DNA from: a virus
Taxonomy: Duplodnaviria > Heunggongvirae > Uroviricota > Caudoviricetes
Virus record (IMG/VR): IMGVR_UViG_2703718869_000008
Coordinates: 1 to 10,500 of that record
Reading direction: 5' to 3' (one strand)
Length of the DNA: 10,500 nucleotides
Position 1 is the stretch's first letter. Each line of letters begins with the position of its first letter. Below, in pieces: positions 6,905-10,500 of the stretch. The notes under the pieces are model-generated. The model was not told where the DNA came from and made no database searches. It saw only the letters and a program-made list of their open reading frames with translations. Position numbers and translations under genes: made by a program.

Positions 6905-6906
6905 TC

Positions 6907-7395
6907 ATGAGTCTTTTGAATGAAGTTCAGAAATTCATTGAAGCCCATCCGGGGTGTACTTCCGGAGACATTGCGGATGCTTTTGCAGGTTACTCACGGC
7001 AGCGCGTTCTGCAGTCAGCAAGCAAGTTACGTCAGAGTGGGCGTGTGGCTCACCGTTGTGAAGGAGATACACGCAGACATTTCCCGCGCCTGACTGAGAG
7101 AGCGCAGGAACCGGAACCACAACCAGTTCGAGAAACCAGACCTGTGCGCAATTTCTATGTCGGCACTAACGATCCACGGGTGATTTTGTGCCTGACCCGC
7201 CAGGCTGAAGAACTGGAGTCCAGGGGCTTATACCGTCGTGCTGCAACCGTGTGGATGGCGGCATTCCGTGAAAGCCACTCCCAGCCAGAACAAAACAATT
7301 TTCTGGCGCGTCGTGAGCGGTGCTTACGGAAAAGCAGCAAGCGCGCTGCATCGGGTGAAGAGTGGTATCTGTCAGGGAATTACGTGGGGGCTTAA
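6907..7395 (+). CDS. Putative PerC/Pch-family transcriptional regulator with extra N-terminal domain
   Basis: GGGGG-N5-ATG at 6907 (track start GTG 6901 overlaps the upstream stop). C-terminal AEELESRGLYRRAATVWMAAF resembles the PerC signature (LE-x-GL-W/Y-RRAA-x-W) as recalled. Stop overlaps the next start (TAATG). Family assignment is tentative. Confidence 0.5.
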   Translation: MSLLNEVQKFIEAHPGCTSGDIADAFAGYSRQRVLQSASKLRQSGRVAHRCEGDTRRHFPRLTERAQEPEPQPVRETRPVRNFYVGTNDPRVILCLTRQAEELESRGLYRRAATVWMAAFRESHSQPEQNNFLARRERCLRKSSKRAASGEEWYLSGNYVGA

Positions 7396-8048
7396 TGAGT
7401 AATAAATATTGCCAGGCGCTGGTGGAACTGCGGAACAAACCAGCCCATGAACTGAAGGAAGTGGGCGATCAGTGGCGCACGCCGGACAACATTTTCTGGG
7501 GAATTAACACCCTGTTTGGCCCGTTTGTTCTGGATCTGTTTACTGACGGTGATAACGCCAAATGTGCCGCGTATTACACGGCGGAAGATAACGCGCTGGC
7601 GCATGACTGGTCAGAACGTCTTGCGGAGCTTAAAGGTGCTGCCTTTGGTAATCCCCCATACAGCCGCGCCAGTCAGCATGAGGGGAAATACATCACTGGC
7701 ATGCGTTACATCATGAAGCATGCCAGTGCCATGCGTGATAAAGGCGGGCGCTATGTTTTCCTGATCAAAGCTGCCACCAGCGAAGTGTGGTGGCCGGAAG
7801 ATGCAGATCATATTACTTTTATTCGCGGGCGTATTGGTTTTGAACTGCCTGTCTGGTTTATCCCGAAAGACGAGAAGCAGGTACCGACAGGAGCTTTTTT
7901 CGCTGGTGCTATTGCTGTTTTTGACAAGACCTGGAAGGGACCGGCAATCAGCTACATTGGGCGCGATGAACTTGAGGCATGTGGTGAGGCGTTTCTGGCG
8001 CAGGTTCGCCAGCAGGCGGAAAAACTGGTCAGGGAGATGGCTGCATGA
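7395..8048 (+). CDS. Phage-type DNA N6-adenine methyltransferase (Dam family), orphan
   Basis: GGGGG-N4-ATG at 7395 (track ORF starts upstream at 7362 in the same frame). Motifs WRTPD, FVLDLFTD and catalytic NPPYS are characteristic of the phage Dam family. No adjacent restriction endonuclease gene. Confidence 0.85.
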   Translation: MSNKYCQALVELRNKPAHELKEVGDQWRTPDNIFWGINTLFGPFVLDLFTDGDNAKCAAYYTAEDNALAHDWSERLAELKGAAFGNPPYSRASQHEGKYITGMRYIMKHASAMRDKGGRYVFLIKAATSEVWWPEDADHITFIRGRIGFELPVWFIPKDEKQVPTGAFFAGAIAVFDKTWKGPAISYIGRDELEACGEAFLAQVRQQAEKLVREMAA

Positions 8049-8371
8049 CGACATTAACTCAATGCCAGCAGCAGGTGCTGGATATGCTGATTTCTTATCA
8101 GAAAGAGCGTGGCTTTCCGCCAACCAATCAGGAGGTGGCAACCATGCTGGGATACCGTTCAGTGAATGCAGCGGTAGAGCATCTTCGCGCACTGGAGAAA
8201 AAAGGCGTCATCACGATAAAGCGTGGCGTGGCCCGGGGGATAACGCTTCATACCGCGGTGAAGGACGACGACAGCGAGGCGGTCGGGATTATCCACTCAC
8301 TGCTTGCCGGTGAGGAAAACGCAAGGCTGCGTGCAACCCACTGGTTACATGAGAGGGGCCTGAAAGTATGA
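8045..8371 (+). CDS. LexA N-terminal DNA-binding-domain homolog lacking the S24 peptidase/cleavage domain
   Basis: 108 aa. N-terminal ~70 aa align closely with E. coli LexA residues 1-70 as recalled (MTTLTQCQQQVLDMLISYQKERGFPPTNQEVATMLGYRSVNAAVEHLRALEKKGVI vs [56 protein letters not shown]). Recognition-helix residues NAA-EHL are conserved; there is no Ala-Gly cleavage site or Ser/Lys dyad. ATGA overlaps on both sides. Confidence 0.8.
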   Translation: MTTLTQCQQQVLDMLISYQKERGFPPTNQEVATMLGYRSVNAAVEHLRALEKKGVITIKRGVARGITLHTAVKDDDSEAVGIIHSLLAGEENARLRATHWLHERGLKV

Positions 8372-8763
8372 AGCTGATCCTGCCTTTTCCGCCCAGCGTG
8401 AACACGTACTGGCGACACCCCAACAAAGGGGCGTTTGCTGGTAAGAGCCTGATAAGCGCGGCGGGGCGCAAATTCCAGAGCGCGGCGTGTGCAGCAATAG
8501 TTGAGCAGTTACGTCGTCTGCCAAAACCAACGTCGGCACCTGCATCAGTGGAGATCGTGTTGTTTCCTCCGGATAACCGGATCCGCGATCTGGACAACTA
8601 TAACAAGGCGCTGTTTGACGCCCTGACCCACGCGGGTGTGTGGGAAGACGACAGTCAGGTGAAAAGAATGCTGGTGGAGTGGGGACCGGTTATCCCGGAA
8701 GGGAAGGTCGAGATCACTATCAGTAAGTACGAAAAAGCGAGTTGCAAATTAGCAACTCGGTAA
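8368..8763 (+). CDS. rusA: RusA-family Holliday junction resolvase
   Basis: 131 aa. N-terminal LPFPPSVNTYWRH and central DLDNYNKALFDALTHAGVWEDDSQV match the RusA pattern (PWPPS-N-YYR, DLDN-K---DALT-AG-W-DD-QV). Typical nin-region position. Confidence 0.88.
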   Translation: MKLILPFPPSVNTYWRHPNKGAFAGKSLISAAGRKFQSAACAAIVEQLRRLPKPTSAPASVEIVLFPPDNRIRDLDNYNKALFDALTHAGVWEDDSQVKRMLVEWGPVIPEGKVEITISKYEKASCKLATR

Positions 8764-8808
8764 CGGAATTGAGCAACACCCTAAATTTGGGTATTACCTC
8801 GTTAAAGA

Positions 8809-8828
8809 TACTGTATTTATGAACAGTG
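8809..8828 (+). promoter_or_regulatory. Canonical LexA (SOS) box TACTGTATTTATGAACAGTG upstream of the KilA-N gene
   Basis: Seen directly: CTGT-N8-ACAG with AT-rich spacer, close to consensus TACTGTATATATATACAGTA. Lies about 87 nt upstream of the KilA-N start in an AT-rich intergenic region that presumably holds its promoter. Confidence 0.6.
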
Positions 8829-8914
8829 TATCCTTGATAACTATTAAAAATCGCAGTAAGTTCATCTTGCATCAACGAAAAGGGAGTGCAGTCCCGAAAT
8901 TTGTGGAGAAACCA

Positions 8915-9730
8915 ATGAATCAGTTGCTTGTAATTGATGGCGTTTCTGTGCGCCAGTACTTTGAATCTAACTACTGTCTTAACGACCTTCAGAAAGCTGC
9001 TCTTCTTGCCGCTGGTGAGAATCGCTCCTCCCGTTCGCTGGAAGTTCACGAGTTTATGCGTCGTCCTGAAACGAAGGCTCTTGTGGAATTACTGGAAGAA
9101 GAAACTACGGGAGATTCCCGTAGTATTCCTGTCATCACCATTCAGGGGCGCAATGGTGGGACGTATGTCTGTAAAGAGCTGGTCTATGCATATGCAATGT
9201 GGATCAGCCCGGCATTCAGCTTAAAAGTGATACGTACTTTTGATGCGCTTCATAATTCATCACCAGAAGAAACCACATCCGACAAAATTAAATCCGGGGT
9301 CATTCTGCTTGAATCAGCAGCAAAGACTCTAAATCTGTCAAACTCCTCGAAACTTGGTGCATACCAGAAATTATCAAAGGTAGCTGGTCTTCCTGAACTT
9401 ATGCCGATCTATGCCATTGATGCACCTGCTGATGCGCCAGATGGTTCAAGCCGCCCTACGCTGTCGCTGAGTGCACTGCTGAAGCAGTATGGTATCCGCC
9501 TGACGGCTAATCAGGCATATCACCAGATGGTGAAGCTGGGGATCGTCGAGCAGCGCGAACGATACAGCCGTACCGGGATTAACAACATCAAAAAATTCTG
9601 GTCGCTGACGGCGAAAGGCTGCATGTTCGGCAAGAACATCACCAGTCCCGCAAATCCGCGCGAGACGCAGCCGCATTTCTTCGAATCCCGATTCCCTGAG
9701 CTGTTAAAGCTGCTCGATACCGTTCATTGA
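8915..9730 (+). CDS. KilA-N domain protein (candidate SOS-inducible antirepressor or Kil-like factor)
   Basis: ATG at 8915 with GGAGAA-N5 (track start 8819 lies inside the SOS box and is unlikely). N-terminal region (VSVRQYFESNYCLNDLQKAA...GRNGGTYVCKELVYAYAMWISPAFSLKVIRTFDAL) fits the KilA-N pattern. Gene is lower in GC than its neighbours (moron-like). Confidence 0.75.
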   Translation: MNQLLVIDGVSVRQYFESNYCLNDLQKAALLAAGENRSSRSLEVHEFMRRPETKALVELLEEETTGDSRSIPVITIQGRNGGTYVCKELVYAYAMWISPAFSLKVIRTFDALHNSSPEETTSDKIKSGVILLESAAKTLNLSNSSKLGAYQKLSKVAGLPELMPIYAIDAPADAPDGSSRPTLSLSALLKQYGIRLTANQAYHQMVKLGIVEQRERYSRTGINNIKKFWSLTAKGCMFGKNITSPANPRETQPHFFESRFPELLKLLDTVH

Positions 9731-9737
9731 GGTGACC

Positions 9738-10500
9738 GTGAGAGCACTACTGACCCCTGAAATTGCCCCGCGTATGGGGATCGTATTGTTCAGGCCAGGT
9801 TCAGAGCTGATGCCCCTGTTTATGCAGGGGCGTGTCCTGCTGGAGCCTGAGCCGGAACGTTATTCATCTTTCGCTAGTGGTGCCGTTCCGGCGGCATCAC
9901 AACCGCTGGCGGATGATCCTTCCGTTCGGGCCGTGTTCCGCAATGAGGCAGTGATCCGTCGTGCTGGTGGCGTGGAATGTCTTGAAAGCTGGTTACTTCG
10001 TGAAAAAGGCTGCCAGTGGCTTCATTCCGACTGGCACAGCGAGAACATGACCACAATGCGACACGCTCCGGGTGCAATCCGTCTGTGCTGGCACTGCGAT
10101 AACCAGCTGCGCGATCAGTTCACGGAACGGCTGGAATCAATGGCAACGGATAACTGTGCCCGCTGGGTGTTGTCTGTTGTGCGTCGGGATCTCGGTTTTG
10201 ATGACAGTCACGTTGTGACAATGCCGGAACTGTGCTGGTGGCTGATTCGTAATGACCTGGCGGATGCCTTACCGGAAAGTGCAGCCCGTAAGGCACTGAG
10301 ATTACCGAAGCCTGTTGTGCCGTCTGTCACCCGGGAAAGTGACCTTGTGCCTTCGGTTCCTGCCACCAGCATCATCCAGGATAAAGCGAAAAAGGTGCTG
10401 GCGCTGAAAGTGGATCCGGAGTCGCCGGAGTCTTTTATGTTACGCACCAAACGTCGCCGCTGGGTTAATGAAAAGTACACGCGCTGGGTTAAGACGCAGC
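9738..10500 (+). CDS. Cys/His-rich hypothetical protein, partial (possibly DUF968-like); ORF continues past the right window edge
   Basis: Hand translation from GTG 9738 (GAGGT-N4-GTG) is stop-free to the window end: VRALLTPEIAPRMGIV...CQWLHSDWH...CWHCDNQ...MLRTKRRRWVNEKYTRWVKTQ. Absent from the ORF track because it has no stop. DUF968 assignment is from memory of a similar RRRW-x-NEKYT-x-WV segment; low certainty. Confidence 0.5.
   Translation, partial: MRALLTPEIAPRMGIVLFRPGSELMPLFMQGRVLLEPEPERYSSFASGAVPAASQPLADDPSVRAVFRNEAVIRRAGGVECLESWLLREKGCQWLHSDWHSENMTTMRHAPGAIRLCWHCDNQLRDQFTERLESMATDNCARWVLSVVRRDLGFDDSHVVTMPELCWWLIRNDLADALPESAARKALRLPKPVVPSVTRESDLVPSVPATSIIQDKAKKVLALKVDPESPESFMLRTKRRRWVNEKYTRWVKTQ

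Noticed and set aside
7611-8313. ORFs 7611..8192 (-) 193 aa and 7801..8313 (+) 170 aa
   Set aside because: Both overlap the well-supported Dam methyltransferase and LexA-like genes in other frames and are Arg/Ser/Leu-rich. Considered spurious.
8819-8914. Upstream ATG (8819) as start of the KilA-N gene
   Set aside because: This ATG lies inside the SOS box and the putative promoter and has no RBS. ATG 8915 has GGAGAA-N5 and begins directly at the KilA-N domain.
8720-9049. Minus-strand ORF of 109 aa overlapping the rusA end and KilA-N start
   Set aside because: Spans the AT-rich promoter and SOS-box region antisense to the KilA-N gene. Its Phe/Lys/Asn-rich composition reflects AT-rich DNA rather than a gene.
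9874-10480. Minus-strand ORFs 9874..10077 and 10208..10480
   Set aside because: Antisense to a long stop-free plus-strand frame that carries Cys/His motifs and an RBS. Their composition (Arg/His/Ser-rich) looks like off-frame translation.
1-10500. CRISPR arrays, tRNA or rRNA genes, integrase or attachment sites, IS elements
   Set aside because: No spacer-repeat periodicity, no tRNA-like cloverleaf candidates, no recombinase-like ORF and no terminal inverted repeats flanking a transposase were seen. The window appears to lie wholly inside the prophage early region.

Overview
This window reads as the early/immunity region of a lambdoid prophage from an enterobacterium (E. coli-like gene content), with about 20 genes. 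An AT-richer immunity core holds a cI-type repressor (HTH plus S24 autopeptidase, minus strand) divergent from a cro-like gene, with repeated CTTAGTT-core operator-like palindromes on both sides of cI. Leftward (minus strand) lie an HTH protein in the N position, a structured leader, a yfdP-yfdQ-yfdR-type cluster and the start of a second methyltransferase at the window edge. Rightward (plus strand) is a chain of translationally coupled genes: a cII-position protein, two unknowns, an O-like replication initiator with an internal iteron array, a PerC-like regulator, a phage Dam methyltransferase, a LexA DNA-binding-domain-only homolog and RusA. These are followed by a low-GC KilA-N gene preceded by a canonical SOS box, and a Cys/His-rich ORF running off the right edge. 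The most interesting candidate system is the pairing of the cleavage-domain-less LexA homolog with the SOS-box-controlled KilA-N gene, in a phage that also has a cleavable cI. All calls rest on reading the sequence and remembered family features; no database search was possible. No tRNA, rRNA, CRISPR array, integrase or att site was seen.
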